Part shown: piece after piece, positions 45,950 to 56,353 of the stretch | Layout of the letters: each line of letters starts with the position of its first letter | Position numbering within the stretch: position 1 is the first letter of the stretch | DNA from: Butyricimonas sp. | GTDB taxonomy: Bacteria; Bacteroidota; Bacteroidia; Bacteroidales; Marinifilaceae | Direction of reading: 5' to 3' | NCBI GenBank assembly: GCA_019423345.1 | Contig: JAHZBN010000007.1 | Span: 46,911-110,910 of the forward strand | Length of the DNA stretch: 64,000 nt | Program-made: the position numbers and the translations under genes | Notes under the pieces: generated by a model | What the model saw: the letters and a program-made list of their open reading frames with translations, nothing else | The model's database searches: none | What the model was told of the DNA's origin: nothing

Positions 45950-48900
45950 TTATTTCTTTTTCGGAAGATCTCTTTCCGGGTTAAAATCAGCCATGAACTT
46001 GAATTGTTTGCTGAGGATCTTTTTCTTGTCACGGCTACCACTCTTGTCCATGGCAGCGTAAACAGCCGGAACAATAATCATCGTGATAATCGTGGAGAAG
46101 ACCATACCACCGATTACGGCGATACCCATCGGTCTCCAAGTTTCAGAACCCTCACCAGCACTAATTGCCATCGGCACCATACCTAAGATGGTGGTTAACG
46201 AGGTCATCAATACCGGACGCAAACGAGAACGACAAGCCATCGCAATCGCGTCGTACAAGCGGATACCCCGTTCACGCATCAGGTTGATGAAATCGATCAG
46301 CACAATACCGTTCTTCGTAACGATACCAACCAGCATGACGGCTCCTAAAGCAGCAACGATACTTAATGTCGTGTTCGTGAGTAATAATGCCAAAATTACA
46401 CCGGTGAATGCAAACGGGATTGCCAACATAATGATGAACGGCATCTTGAATGATTCGAACTGGGCTGCCATCACGATGTATACTAACATCAAGGACAAAA
46501 GTAATAACATGGTCAATGAACCGAAAGATTCCTGTTGATCTTCGAAACTACCACCAATGTACATCGTCACGTCTTGTGGAATATCTTCCATGTTATCGAT
46601 AAGAGCCTGGGCAGCACCTGCGATCTCTCCCAATGCGACACCTGCTGCGGGAGTAATCGAAACCTTTAGGATACGTTGTTTACTCTTACGTTCAATATTT
46701 GGCGGGGAGAAATATTCTTTGATTTCTCCAAGTTCTTTCAGACGTACTTTTTCTCCTTTACCATCGGTGATTAGAATATTTTCTACGTCAGTAATAGAGG
46801 AGCGATATTTCTCATCAAGACGAACGATAATATCATATTCTTCACCATCTTCTTTGAATTTACTATTACGATACCCGTAAATACGATTACGTAAATAACT
46901 TCCTACATCTGATGTACTTAGTCCGTGGCGAGCTAATTTATCTTGATCGAGAACAATCTGTAATTCAGACTTATCTTCATCCCGACTGATCTTGATGTCT
47001 TCTGCTCCCGGAATCTTTCTAGCTTGTTCTGCAATCGCATGAGCTAGGTTCGTGGTTGTATTGAAATCATGCCCCATGATCTCGATGTCAACATTGTTAC
47101 CACTCATTGAACCTCCACTTGATGTGGTTACCGTGTACTGGAGAATATCAGGAAAACGTTTTAAAATTCCGCGAACTTGGTCGGCTATCTCAAAAACACT
47201 GCGGCTACGTTCTTTTAAGTCGAGAGTTCTCAAACGCATATTCAAGATATTATTACCAGTACTGTTCATCATAGAAGCGAAAGAAGCTTCCTCTTCGCTA
47301 CCATATGACAAGTTGATCAATGTGATTTCCGGGATTTCAGCACGAATGATGGAGTCAATGTCTAAAGCTACCTTTTTCGTAACCTCAACTCGTTGTCCTG
47401 ATTGCATCTTGGCATATACACTCATGTAGTTCTGGTCATTCTGAGGCATGAAGTCCGTTTTGATCAACTTTGCAAGGGTTAATGATGCAAAGAACAAAGC
47501 GAACATAGAAACAATTGTAACCGTTTTGTGACGAAGAACCCAACGAATGAGTTTTTCATATGCGGAATCAAGTTTATCCAGCATTCTGGACACAAAACGA
47601 TAGAAACTGAATTTACCTGTATCTGTGTTATCTTGGATTTTCATCAACTGGGATGAAAGCATTGGTGTTAACGAGATAGCGGTTATCGTAGAGGTACATA
47701 CCGTGATACAAACGATCCAACCTAATTGCTTGAACAGAATACCGGTCATTCCGGTTACTAATGTTAATGGGAAGAACACGGCAACTGTTACAAGGGTTGT
47801 TACAATTACAGATAACCAAACTTCGTTTGTACCATATTTGGCGGCTTCCCGTGGGCGGCTTCCTCGGTCAATATGTTTTGTGATATTTTCAAGTACCACA
47901 ATAGCATCATCCACTACCATACCGATCGCAATGGAGAGAGAGGATAATGAAATCACGTTGAGTGATTCTCCCGTTGCGAACAGGTAGATAAAGGCAACAA
48001 TCAAAGAGATCGGAATGGTTAAGGCAATAATGAATGTTGCTCTCCATCGTCCTAGGAATAGGAATACGACTAAGACCACGAAGATCAAAGCGTACATTAA
48101 GGATTCCTGTAGGTTATTGATAGATTTCACAATAAAATCGGAGTTATCCGAAATGATTTGAAATTTGATATCCGAAGGCAATTCTTTCATTGCTTTCTCG
48201 ATCTCTTTTTTAGCTTGATTAGCCACGGCCACAGCATTGGCATCAGTTTGTTTGGTTACCATCAAAACACCACCATTTCCTCTATTAATGGTTTGCTCCA
48301 GTGTGATATCTTTCAAGGTATCACGGACAGTTGCAACATCATGTAAATAGATCGTCTTGTTGTTTTGTGTTCCCAACACGAGGTTTTTGATTTGATCACT
48401 TTCATCAAATTCACCTTCAACACGTAGCGTGTAGTCCATGTCTCCCATCTTCACGTTACCGGAAGAGATATCCTGATTTTCGGTCAAAATTTTATTCCCG
48501 ATTTGTTCCAATGTTAAGTTGTAAGCATCCAGTTTATTCGGATCAAGGTCTACATACACCACGCGTACAGGAGAACCGGCAATGTTCACGGATGCAACCC
48601 CATCTACCCGGTTCAAACGAGTGATTAATTTATCGTCTAGGATCTTGTCAATACCAGGATAGGATTCTTTAGCTGTTACAGCATAAATAAGGATAGGCAT
48701 CATGGAGGTATTGAAACGCATGATGGTCGGACGGTCAATATCGTCCGGAAGATTATTCATCGCTTTATCCACGGCATCCCGTACGTCATTTGAAGCTTCG
48801 TCCAAATTTACTTCCCATTCGAACTCTAGTGAAATTACCGCCAAATTATCATAAGACGTGGAGGTCATTTCTTTTAAGTCGTCTACCGAGTTTAATTGAT

Positions 48901-49105
48901 CCTCTAGGATCTTTGCTACGTTCTCTTCAATATCGGCAGCGTTGGCTCCAGGATAGGTCGCCATGACCGTAATGTAAGGTGGGTCCATTTTTGGATACTG
49001 GTCCACTGGCAATTGTATATAGGAGGCAACACCCAATACCATGATGGCAAGGAAAACCATTAAGGTTGAAATGGGTTTGTTGACCGCTGTATTATATATA
49101 CTCAT
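45950..49105 (-). CDS. RND efflux transporter permease (AcrB/HAE1-like)
   Basis: 1051 aa, 12-TM/two-loop RND architecture, typical N-terminus MSIYNTAVNKPISTLMVFLAIMVLG. Confidence 0.95.
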   Translation of the reverse strand: MSIYNTAVNKPISTLMVFLAIMVLGVASYIQLPVDQYPKMDPPYITVMATYPGANAADIEENVAKILEDQLNSVDDLKEMTSTSYDNLAVISLEFEWEVNLDEASNDVRDAVDKAMNNLPDDIDRPTIMRFNTSMMPILIYAVTAKESYPGIDKILDDKLITRLNRVDGVASVNIAGSPVRVVYVDLDPNKLDAYNLTLEQIGNKILTENQDISSGNVKMGDMDYTLRVEGEFDESDQIKNLVLGTQNNKTIYLHDVATVRDTLKDITLEQTINRGNGGVLMVTKQTDANAVAVANQAKKEIEKAMKELPSDIKFQIISDNSDFIVKSINNLQESLMYALIFVVLVVFLFLGRWRATFIIALTIPISLIVAFIYLFATGESLNVISLSSLSIAIGMVVDDAIVVLENITKHIDRGSRPREAAKYGTNEVWLSVIVTTLVTVAVFFPLTLVTGMTGILFKQLGWIVCITVCTSTITAISLTPMLSSQLMKIQDNTDTGKFSFYRFVSRMLDKLDSAYEKLIRWVLRHKTVTIVSMFALFFASLTLAKLIKTDFMPQNDQNYMSVYAKMQSGQRVEVTKKVALDIDSIIRAEIPEITLINLSYGSEEEASFASMMNSTGNNILNMRLRTLDLKERSRSVFEIADQVRGILKRFPDILQYTVTTSSGGSMSGNNVDIEIMGHDFNTTTNLAHAIAEQARKIPGAEDIKISRDEDKSELQIVLDQDKLARHGLSTSDVGSYLRNRIYGYRNSKFKEDGEEYDIIVRLDEKYRSSITDVENILITDGKGEKVRLKELGEIKEYFSPPNIERKSKQRILKVSITPAAGVALGEIAGAAQALIDNMEDIPQDVTMYIGGSFEDQQESFGSLTMLLLLSLMLVYIVMAAQFESFKMPFIIMLAIPFAFTGVILALLLTNTTLSIVAALGAVMLVGIVTKNGIVLIDFINLMRERGIRLYDAIAMACRSRLRPVLMTSLTTILGMVPMAISAGEGSETWRPMGIAVIGGMVFSTIITMIIVPAVYAAMDKSGSRDKKKILSKQFKFMADFNPERDLPKKK

Positions 49106-49165
49106 ATTTTAAGTTTTAAATTTTGAATTTTAGATTTCAGGCGTATCAATCCGTGAATTAAATGT

Positions 49166-50203
49166 TTACTTGTTAATCGAAAGTGGTGAGCCATCAACCA
49201 AACGTCCTTGTCCGACAACAATTAGTTCGTCACCCTCATGAATTTCGTTACTGATTAATTCAACCTTATCATCAAAACGTTTACCGAGTTTTACTCCAAC
49301 GCGTTTCGCCTTACCATTTTTATTCAAGAATACATAACGATCGTTAGAACCTTGTAATTTCAATACGGCAATAGCCGGAGCAACTACGGTTTCGGTATTA
49401 CCGATGAAGAAATTGATTGTACCGTACATACCCGGTCTTAAAGCTTCGTTTTTGTTTGGAATCTTGACTTCAACGGTAAAGGTTCTAGATGCCGGATCTA
49501 TACTCGGATAGACGATACTTACTTTTCCTTCGAACACTTGGTCTGGATAAATGTTACTTTTTAATTCAACTTTTGTTCCGGGTTTCACCGTTAAGTAATA
49601 TTGCTCGGATAAATTTACATAAGCTTTTACCGGATCTATTTTTTCAATGGCAATAATAGAGGGTTTGGTTGCTCCACCGAAAGAAGTTCCCGTGTAGAGT
49701 TCTTTATCTTCAAAATATTTTCCGGTAACAACTCCATCAAAAGGAGCAAGCATTTTTGTGTTCTCTTTCAAGAACTCCACGTTTGCCTTGGCCACTTCAT
49801 ATTGTGTTACAGCTGCGTCGTAAGCTTGTTTAGAAATACTTCCCGTTTTATTTAATTGAATGGCGCGATTATATTCTGTTTCCAAGTTTTTTAGTTGAAC
49901 TTCAGCTTGTACGAGTTGAGTTTTATCCATTTCTACGAGTACTTGCCCTTTTTTGATCTGATCTCCAACTTCCACGTGTATTTTTTCAATTCTTCCTGTG
50001 GCAGCAGGAGCGTAAAAGACTTGTTTATCAGCATTTAGGTTTGCAGCATACTCCAAAGTTCTGGCAATATCCGTTTTCTCTAGTTTTTGTACTTTAACGG
50101 GAATTGCTTCCACGACATCACCCTCTGTCGTCTTATCTTTTTTGCCTGAGCAACTGGCAAGGATAGCTATCGCTATAATCGATAAAATGAAATTCTTTAC
50201 CAT
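49166..50203 (-). CDS. RND efflux periplasmic adaptor (MFP) lipoprotein
   Basis: 345 aa. Lipobox LASC. Coiled-coil plus barrel pattern. Confidence 0.9.
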   Translation of the reverse strand: MVKNFILSIIAIAILASCSGKKDKTTEGDVVEAIPVKVQKLEKTDIARTLEYAANLNADKQVFYAPAATGRIEKIHVEVGDQIKKGQVLVEMDKTQLVQAEVQLKNLETEYNRAIQLNKTGSISKQAYDAAVTQYEVAKANVEFLKENTKMLAPFDGVVTGKYFEDKELYTGTSFGGATKPSIIAIEKIDPVKAYVNLSEQYYLTVKPGTKVELKSNIYPDQVFEGKVSIVYPSIDPASRTFTVEVKIPNKNEALRPGMYGTINFFIGNTETVVAPAIAVLKLQGSNDRYVFLNKNGKAKRVGVKLGKRFDDKVELISNEIHEGDELIVVGQGRLVDGSPLSINK

Positions 50204-50238
50204 TGTATTTCTTTTTTTGTTTTATTATTCAAGTTGTT

Positions 50239-51525
50239 TTATCGAGGAAGTTGATTATACAGTTTTTCCAAACTTACTTGTGCTTGTAGCAAGCTTAGAA
50301 TTGCTTCCGTGTAATTTGTTTCTGCTTGCAGGTAGTTATTATTTGCTTGTGTCAAATCCAAACTGGAAACAGCTCCCAGCTCGTATTTTCTCTGGTAATT
50401 CTTTAATACCCGCGTGGCAACATCGATATTCTCTTTTTGCAGGTTGTAATTTTCCATGGCGTTTTTCAAGTTGAATTTCAACTGTTCGTCCTGCACGTTC
50501 AACTGGTCTTGCAACAAACTTTTCTGTATATAAGATTGTTCCAATGTGATTTTGGCTTGTTTAACCTTGGAGTCCCGTTGCAAACCGGAGAAAATTGGAA
50601 TGTTCATCGTGAGGCCGGCCGTGTGTTTCGGGCTCATATCCAATTCTGGTTTCAAAATCTTGTAATTGAAGTTGTAATTACCGGAGATCGTGGGAGCATA
50701 ACTCCATTTTTCCAATCCCAACATCTTTTTATTCAACTCGGTTTGCGTGGTAATCAATTGGTAGCTCACGTTGTTATTGATGTCAAATTTTTCAACATAC
50801 AAGCGAGAGGATTTATCGTTTTCCAGGAACATATCCAAGGCATCCGTGAGTTTGATCGGGGTTCCTGCTTCCAATCCCAGTTGGAGACGCAATAAGTTAT
50901 AATTTACGGCAACCGTTCTTTCCATAGATAGTAAGCTGTTTTTCAGTTGTCCCACGTTAATGCGGATTTGGTCCACGTCCGTCTCTTCAACTGTTCCGGC
51001 CTTGTACATGTTATCGGTGTGCTTGTAGATTTTATTCATATTCTCTAGGTTCTGACGCAGAATGTCGAGCATTCTCTCGGAGACCAACACCGTGTAGTAT
51101 GAATTATAAATATTCTCAATAATGTCCAGTTCCGTGGATTCAACTTCTTGCTCGGTCAAACGTACAGCGATTTTACTGGTTTGTAAGCCAAGGATCCATT
51201 GTCCGCTGAACAATAATTGTTGCAAACCTACCGTAAGGTTAGACTGGTCTTTCATTTTTATCGCTTGATTGCCGAAATTCATCTTGTAATTGAAATTCGT
51301 GGAATACGTTACAGTTCCATTAACTTGTGGCAACCCTTGCGACACGGATTCCCGTACCTTCTGGCGATACAAATCAATATTCATCTGCGAAGATTGCAGT
51401 TCCTTGTTGTGCTTGATGGCAAACTCCACTGCTTGTTGCAGCGATATCGTTTGCGGCGCTTCCTGTGCGCAAAGCATCCATGGCACGAAAAACATCAGGA
51501 GGAAAAGAGTCATTCCTTGTTTCAT
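50239..51525 (-). CDS. TolC-family outer membrane efflux protein
   Basis: 428 aa. Signal peptide. Duplicated OEP repeats (…LSLQQAVEFAIKHNKELQ…). Confidence 0.9.
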   Translation of the reverse strand: MKQGMTLFLLMFFVPWMLCAQEAPQTISLQQAVEFAIKHNKELQSSQMNIDLYRQKVRESVSQGLPQVNGTVTYSTNFNYKMNFGNQAIKMKDQSNLTVGLQQLLFSGQWILGLQTSKIAVRLTEQEVESTELDIIENIYNSYYTVLVSERMLDILRQNLENMNKIYKHTDNMYKAGTVEETDVDQIRINVGQLKNSLLSMERTVAVNYNLLRLQLGLEAGTPIKLTDALDMFLENDKSSRLYVEKFDINNNVSYQLITTQTELNKKMLGLEKWSYAPTISGNYNFNYKILKPELDMSPKHTAGLTMNIPIFSGLQRDSKVKQAKITLEQSYIQKSLLQDQLNVQDEQLKFNLKNAMENYNLQKENIDVATRVLKNYQRKYELGAVSSLDLTQANNNYLQAETNYTEAILSLLQAQVSLEKLYNQLPR

Positions 51526-51613
51526 AGATTATAGATTTAATTATTTATTTTTTCCGGGAAATTTCTCAAGTGTTTTTTCTCTCGTAACAAAACTTGTACC
51601 AAAAAAAAATCGA

Positions 51614-52249
51614 TCACCCGTCTTTTGGTTGTTTTGCCGTGTCCCTTAGGCGTTCAAATTCTTTTAGACCTTTTTCTGTGGATATAGCGTAAATGAAATT
51701 GATAAAGATCGTTGAAATAATTACCGAAATCGGATATTCAAGCTTACTGGTGATTTCAGGATCTTTCAGAAAGTGCAATTGTTTACCTAACAGGTACAAT
51801 TGTAATTCTTTGTCAATATCCTTCCGGAAGAGTTCTTGTTTTATACCGTTATCCAGTAATGCCACGAGAAATTTCTTCGTTGACTCCTCTTCTTGCTTGG
51901 CTACTCTTTCGTACACGGCCGGGTGGTATTTCCTTAAATCAAAATGATTGGCAGGTAAGCGGCTACCCAAGTCACTCACCATGAAATCCCGAATTTCGCT
52001 CATGACCACGATCGGGTTTTTCTTGGCTAGTTGATTAACATCCGTGTTTTTTATTTTTTCATCTCTCCTGTACAACATCACTTGCTCCACCACGTCGTCT
52101 TTATTGGCAAACTGTTGGTAGAGTGTTTTTTTCGAAATTTTCAAGTGATTCGCTATATCATCCATGGAGGTACTTCTTAATCCGAATCTCAAAAAAAGAT
52201 CTGAGATAGCGGCTATAAGTTCCCTTTTTTGTTTTATATTTTCTTCCAT
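51614..52249 (-). CDS. TetR/AcrR-family transcriptional regulator
   Basis: 211 aa. N-terminal HTH FLRFGLRSTSMDDIANHLKISKKTLYQQF. Confidence 0.85.
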   Translation of the reverse strand: MEENIKQKRELIAAISDLFLRFGLRSTSMDDIANHLKISKKTLYQQFANKDDVVEQVMLYRRDEKIKNTDVNQLAKKNPIVVMSEIRDFMVSDLGSRLPANHFDLRKYHPAVYERVAKQEEESTKKFLVALLDNGIKQELFRKDIDKELQLYLLGKQLHFLKDPEITSKLEYPISVIISTIFINFIYAISTEKGLKEFERLRDTAKQPKDG

Positions 52250-52274
52250 AGCTGATGCCTTAGTGTTTGTACTT

Positions 52275-52302
52275 GGAAACGAAACGTGATTAAAACGTTT
52301 CC
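52275..52302. promoter_or_regulatory. candidate TetR operator palindrome
   Basis: ggaaacg-N14-cgtttcc, between the -7 box (52308-52315) and the TetR ATG (52249). Confidence 0.35.
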
Positions 52303-52307
52303 ATGTG

Positions 52308-52315
52308 CAAAAGTA
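52308..52315 (-). promoter_or_regulatory. -7 promoter box for the TetR-efflux operon
   Basis: The minus strand reads tacttttg. Confidence 0.4.
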
Positions 52316-52410
52316 TATAAATATTGTTCCACTAATACGGCATGTGTGTTAAAGTATTGTTAAAACTCTTATTGGGCGCAACTTTTCAATGATTTTAATC
52401 TTATTACATC

Positions 52411-52442
52411 ATTTTCAATTTTCAATTCTCCATTTTCAATTC
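52411..52442 (+). repeat. ttttcaa-type repeat tract
   Basis: attttcaattttcaattctccattttcaattc, directly upstream of the dnaG -7 box. Confidence 0.65.
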
Positions 52443-52450
52443 CATTATTC

Positions 52451-52458
52451 TATCTTTG
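52451..52458 (+). promoter_or_regulatory. -7 promoter box for dnaG, ending 4 nt before the ATG
   Basis: tatctttg at 52451-52458; ATG at 52463. Confidence 0.35.
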
Positions 52459-52462
52459 TGTC

Positions 52463-54388
52463 ATGATTGATCAGGCTACCATACAGAAAATTTTTGATGC
52501 GGCGGATATATACGAGGTGGTTTCCGATTTCGTGAGTTTAAAAAAGCGAGGAGTGAACTATCTCGGGTTGTGTCCGTTTCATAACGAGAAGACAGGTTCG
52601 TTCACCGTTTCCCCGGCAAAAGGCATATATAAATGTTTCGGTTGCGGGAAAGGGGGAAATGCCGTGAATTTTATCATGGAACATGAGCAGATGTCTTACG
52701 TGGAGGCATTGAAATATCTGGCCGAGAAATATCATATCCCGGTTGAGGAAAAGGAATTAACAGAGGAACAGAAGAAGGAGAAGACGGAACGGGAGAGTAT
52801 GTTAATTGTCTCTTCATATGCGAACGAGTATTTTCAATATCAACTGTGGAACACGGACGAGGGGCGTTCCGTGGGATTGGGGTACTTGCGTCAACGAGGT
52901 ATCAGTGACGAGATGATTCGCAAATTCGGTTTGGGCTATAACCCGGAAGGTTGGGGGGCGTTCACGAAAACGGCTCAAGAAAAGGGCTACAAGAAAGAGT
53001 TTCTCGTGAAGACGGGATTGACCATCGAGAACGAGAAAGGACTTTTCGACCGATTCCGCGCCCGGGTGATGTTTCCCGTGCTTGATTTGGCGGGTAAGGT
53101 GATTGCTTTCGGGGGACGAACGATGACTGCTGATAAAAAGATTTCAAAATACCTGAATTCCCCGGAGTCCGAAATATATCACAAGAGCAAGACCCTTTAC
53201 GGAATATTCTTTGCCAAGAAATCGATCGTACAGCAAGATCGTTGTATCTTGGTGGAAGGCTACACGGACGTAATCTCTTTTCACGCGAAAGGAATTGAGA
53301 ACGTGGTGGCTTCTTCGGGAACCTCTTTGACGATCGATCAGATCCGATTGATTCGTCGGCTGACTCCGAACGTGACAATTATTTATGATGGGGATGCTGC
53401 CGGGATTAAGGCCTCTTTGCGGGGAATCGATCTCGTGCTGGAAGAGGGATTGAACGTGAGGGTGCTTTTACTGCCGGACGGGGAGGATCCGGATTCTTTT
53501 GCCCGGAGTCATACACCGCAAGATTTGGCGGACTTTATCGCGAATAACGAGACGGATTTTATAAATTTCAAGACTAAATTATTGCTGGGTTCTGCGGGGG
53601 ATGATCCGGTTGAACGGGCTCGCCTGATCACGGACATCGTGCGAAGTATTGCCAAGATTCCAGATAACATCGTGCGTTCTGTCTATGTGCGGGAAACTGC
53701 TCACCAGTTGGACGTTGAGGAACGGGTTTTATATACCGAGATTGCTAAGGTCCGCTTGAAGAACGAAGAACAACCTTCCAAGTCTCCTGTTATGACTCCA
53801 GAATTGAAAGTAACAACCCCGACACGAGGAGCGACTCCTTGTGACATCGAGGAAAGTGTGTTGATTCGTTACCTGCTTTTATTCGGGGATAGCGAGTTGT
53901 ACGAGGAGGAACGTAACGGATATATGCGAAGTGTGAGTGTCGGGGAATTCATTATCCGGGAACTTGGGGAAGATGATTTGGAATTGTTGAATCCCGTGTT
54001 CCGTACAATGCAACAGGAATATCAGCGTCAGTATGAGTCTCCGTCGTTTATACCGGCCCGTTATTTTATTTCTTATCCAGATATAAAAGTGAGTACTATG
54101 GCTGCTAATATCCTGAGTGAACCTTACGAGTTAAGCAAAATTTGGTATAAGATGGATAGTTTTGTCGAGACGGAACAAATGAAACTCGGTGAACTTTTAC
54201 CTAAAATACTAGACAATTACAAGATGCGAAGAGTAGAAATGCTTTCCCGGGATATAGATAATCGCATTCTTGAATTACAAAATAGTAAAGATCCTTCACA
54301 GATTGTGGAACTCCTCAAGCGCAAAAATGCCATCAATGTTATTCGTCGTAAACTAAATGAGAAATTGGGGCGTACAGGGATCCATTAA
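52463..54388 (+). CDS. dnaG: DNA primase
   Basis: 641 aa. Zinc ribbon CPFHNEKTGSFTVSPAKGIYKCFGCGKGG. TOPRIM (ILVEGYTDVI…IYDGDAAG). Confidence 0.95.
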   Translation: MIDQATIQKIFDAADIYEVVSDFVSLKKRGVNYLGLCPFHNEKTGSFTVSPAKGIYKCFGCGKGGNAVNFIMEHEQMSYVEALKYLAEKYHIPVEEKELTEEQKKEKTERESMLIVSSYANEYFQYQLWNTDEGRSVGLGYLRQRGISDEMIRKFGLGYNPEGWGAFTKTAQEKGYKKEFLVKTGLTIENEKGLFDRFRARVMFPVLDLAGKVIAFGGRTMTADKKISKYLNSPESEIYHKSKTLYGIFFAKKSIVQQDRCILVEGYTDVISFHAKGIENVVASSGTSLTIDQIRLIRRLTPNVTIIYDGDAAGIKASLRGIDLVLEEGLNVRVLLLPDGEDPDSFARSHTPQDLADFIANNETDFINFKTKLLLGSAGDDPVERARLITDIVRSIAKIPDNIVRSVYVRETAHQLDVEERVLYTEIAKVRLKNEEQPSKSPVMTPELKVTTPTRGATPCDIEESVLIRYLLLFGDSELYEEERNGYMRSVSVGEFIIRELGEDDLELLNPVFRTMQQEYQRQYESPSFIPARYFISYPDIKVSTMAANILSEPYELSKIWYKMDSFVETEQMKLGELLPKILDNYKMRRVEMLSRDIDNRILELQNSKDPSQIVELLKRKNAINVIRRKLNEKLGRTGIH

Positions 54389-54396
54389 ACAGAAAT

Positions 54397-54422
54397 TTCC
54401 CCGGTTTTCAAAAGCCGGGGAA
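54397..54422. terminator. bidirectional terminator between convergent dnaG and the lipoprotein gene
   Basis: ttccccgg/ttttcaaaag/ccggggaa, flanked by aaattt/aaatttt. Confidence 0.65.
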
Positions 54423-54432
54423 GGAAATTTTA

Positions 54433-55428
54433 CTAAAAATTGTATAACGCATGTAACTGGAAGAATAATTCTGTTCCGTCTTGGAATATACATTTGCAAC
54501 GAGGGGAAAGACGTTCTAGTTTCACGAATTCCCATTCTCCGATTTTCTCATCTTTATCCGTGAAAACAATAACACTTTCTCGCATATTTTTTTGAATAAG
54601 TTCTGTGGCCAATTCTTCATAACGTCCTTCATTCGTGTAATATATTTCCTTTATTAGTGCTTGAATGCTACTAAATTGTTCAACCGTTGAGCGAATCCGG
54701 ATGTTATTGAATTCTGTTACTAAATATAAATTCCCATTTTCAATATTCATGGAAAGGTTGTAGTGATCTCCTCCTTCTTTTAGTAGTGTAATTTCTCTTA
54801 GCATTCTCTTTGCGATAAGTCCGGAGACCATGTCATCATCATTTATATTCATTTTGATCGTTGCGCTGTAAGGAGGATATTCTTCTACTTGTATAGCCTC
54901 AGAGGTTTCTTTGTTGTATTGTTGTACTTGGCGAAATAAAACTTTTTCCTCGTTATAAACTTTAGTTTCAAGGTAAACATTGGTACTATAATTAATTGTT
55001 GCAATGAAATGAAGATCATTTTTAGACTGGTCCGTCTTGGAGGAAGGAAAGAAGATTTCCATGAATCCGGCAGCATTGATTGTGGTGTCGAAGTCCTGTT
55101 TGTCTTTATTCCAAACTAGTTTCATTCCGGTAAACGTGTTCTCTTTGCTTGGGTCTGAACTACGAGAGTTTATAAAATCGAGAATATTAAAATCAAAGTT
55201 TATATGGTAATAATTCATTATATCGAATATAGAATTATTTTTTCCCATTTCGTTAAACTCTTTAGCCAAGGTTACGCATGAGTTGATATTGTCTTCGATT
55301 AAAGTTCTTAATTCGGAAGAGGGCAACTTCGTGTATGGCTTGTCGTAATCGGTAATAATTTTGTCATCGTCATCGCTACATGCTACAAGAGTCGTAAGCA
55401 GACATAATACATACAAGATTTTTTTCAT
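54433..55428 (-). CDS. hypothetical lipoprotein, last gene of the HK-RR operon
   Basis: 331 aa. Lipobox LVACSDDDD. No family recognised. Confidence 0.5.
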   Translation of the reverse strand: MKKILYVLCLLTTLVACSDDDDKIITDYDKPYTKLPSSELRTLIEDNINSCVTLAKEFNEMGKNNSIFDIMNYYHINFDFNILDFINSRSSDPSKENTFTGMKLVWNKDKQDFDTTINAAGFMEIFFPSSKTDQSKNDLHFIATINYSTNVYLETKVYNEEKVLFRQVQQYNKETSEAIQVEEYPPYSATIKMNINDDDMVSGLIAKRMLREITLLKEGGDHYNLSMNIENGNLYLVTEFNNIRIRSTVEQFSSIQALIKEIYYTNEGRYEELATELIQKNMRESVIVFTDKDEKIGEWEFVKLERLSPRCKCIFQDGTELFFQLHALYNF

Positions 55429-55633
55429 TTCTTTATTTTTATGGTGATAATTTCCGCGAAAATATAAAAAATGACATAGTTTACATAGGGCGTTGAAATT
55501 ATTCTTGCGGGAATTTAATTTATTCTTATTTTCTATTTTTAGAAAGTCATTTTCATACGATTATGTCGCATGATGGGTGAATTGTGTTGTATATTTGCTA
55601 TATATTATGGTCGAGTGATTGGTGAAGGTAGGT

Positions 55634-56344
55634 TTAGCTTGGTGAAGGGGCGGTAATTAGCATATATCCTTCTTCGTAATCATTTCCGATGTACTCGATC
55701 TTGATGGATGGATCCTTTTTTAATGGTTGCCTGATTCGACACACGTATTCCTTTATCCTTTTTCTTTTGCCAATGGTGGCATCTTTCCAAATTCCCTTCA
55801 TGATGTAATCCATGTTGGCAATTTGATTGCTTTTGACGCATAGTAATTGTAGAAGGCGTGCTTCGCTGGAACTTAGCAGGGTTGCTTCTCCTTGGATGGT
55901 TACCGTGCGTGTAACAACATTAAATGTTGTGATGGGAGAGAGTTCATACACGTGTGGGACGTTTAAGCATGTAATCATTTTATGGCGAAGGGCTTTCAAA
56001 TGGGCGATCAAAACATCCGGAGTACGGTTTTTGGGAATGAATTCATCTGCCCCGGCATCCAGTGCGGCGATTTCTTTTTCCGGTTCTCCGTGGGAAGTAT
56101 AGATGATAATACGTGTTAGCGGGTCTTTCTTCCGGATCAATCGGGTTACTTCGATCCCGTCTTTCTGAGGCATGTTGAGATCGAGTAGTAGAATATCGGG
56201 CTTTTGACGATTGTAGGCATCCCATGCTTTTTCCCCGTCTGCGGCGATGTCGACTATGAATTCGTTTTCTTCTAGGATGATTTTTGTTAATTCAGCTTCG
56301 AGTTCATAGTCTTCTGCATAAAGAATCCTCATCTTGTTTCCCAT
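55634..56344 (-). CDS. OmpR/PhoB-type response regulator (receiver + winged helix)
   Basis: Receiver: ILYAEDY…PDILLLDLNMPQKDG…AGADEFIPK. C-terminal winged-helix LSSSEARLLQLL…YVCRIRQPL. The start may be the inner ATG (MRILYAED). Confidence 0.85.
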   Translation of the reverse strand: MGNKMRILYAEDYELEAELTKIILEENEFIVDIAADGEKAWDAYNRQKPDILLLDLNMPQKDGIEVTRLIRKKDPLTRIIIYTSHGEPEKEIAALDAGADEFIPKNRTPDVLIAHLKALRHKMITCLNVPHVYELSPITTFNVVTRTVTIQGEATLLSSSEARLLQLLCVKSNQIANMDYIMKGIWKDATIGKRKRIKEYVCRIRQPLKKDPSIKIEYIGNDYEEGYMLITAPSPS

Positions 56345-56353
56345 CTTGTTGTT

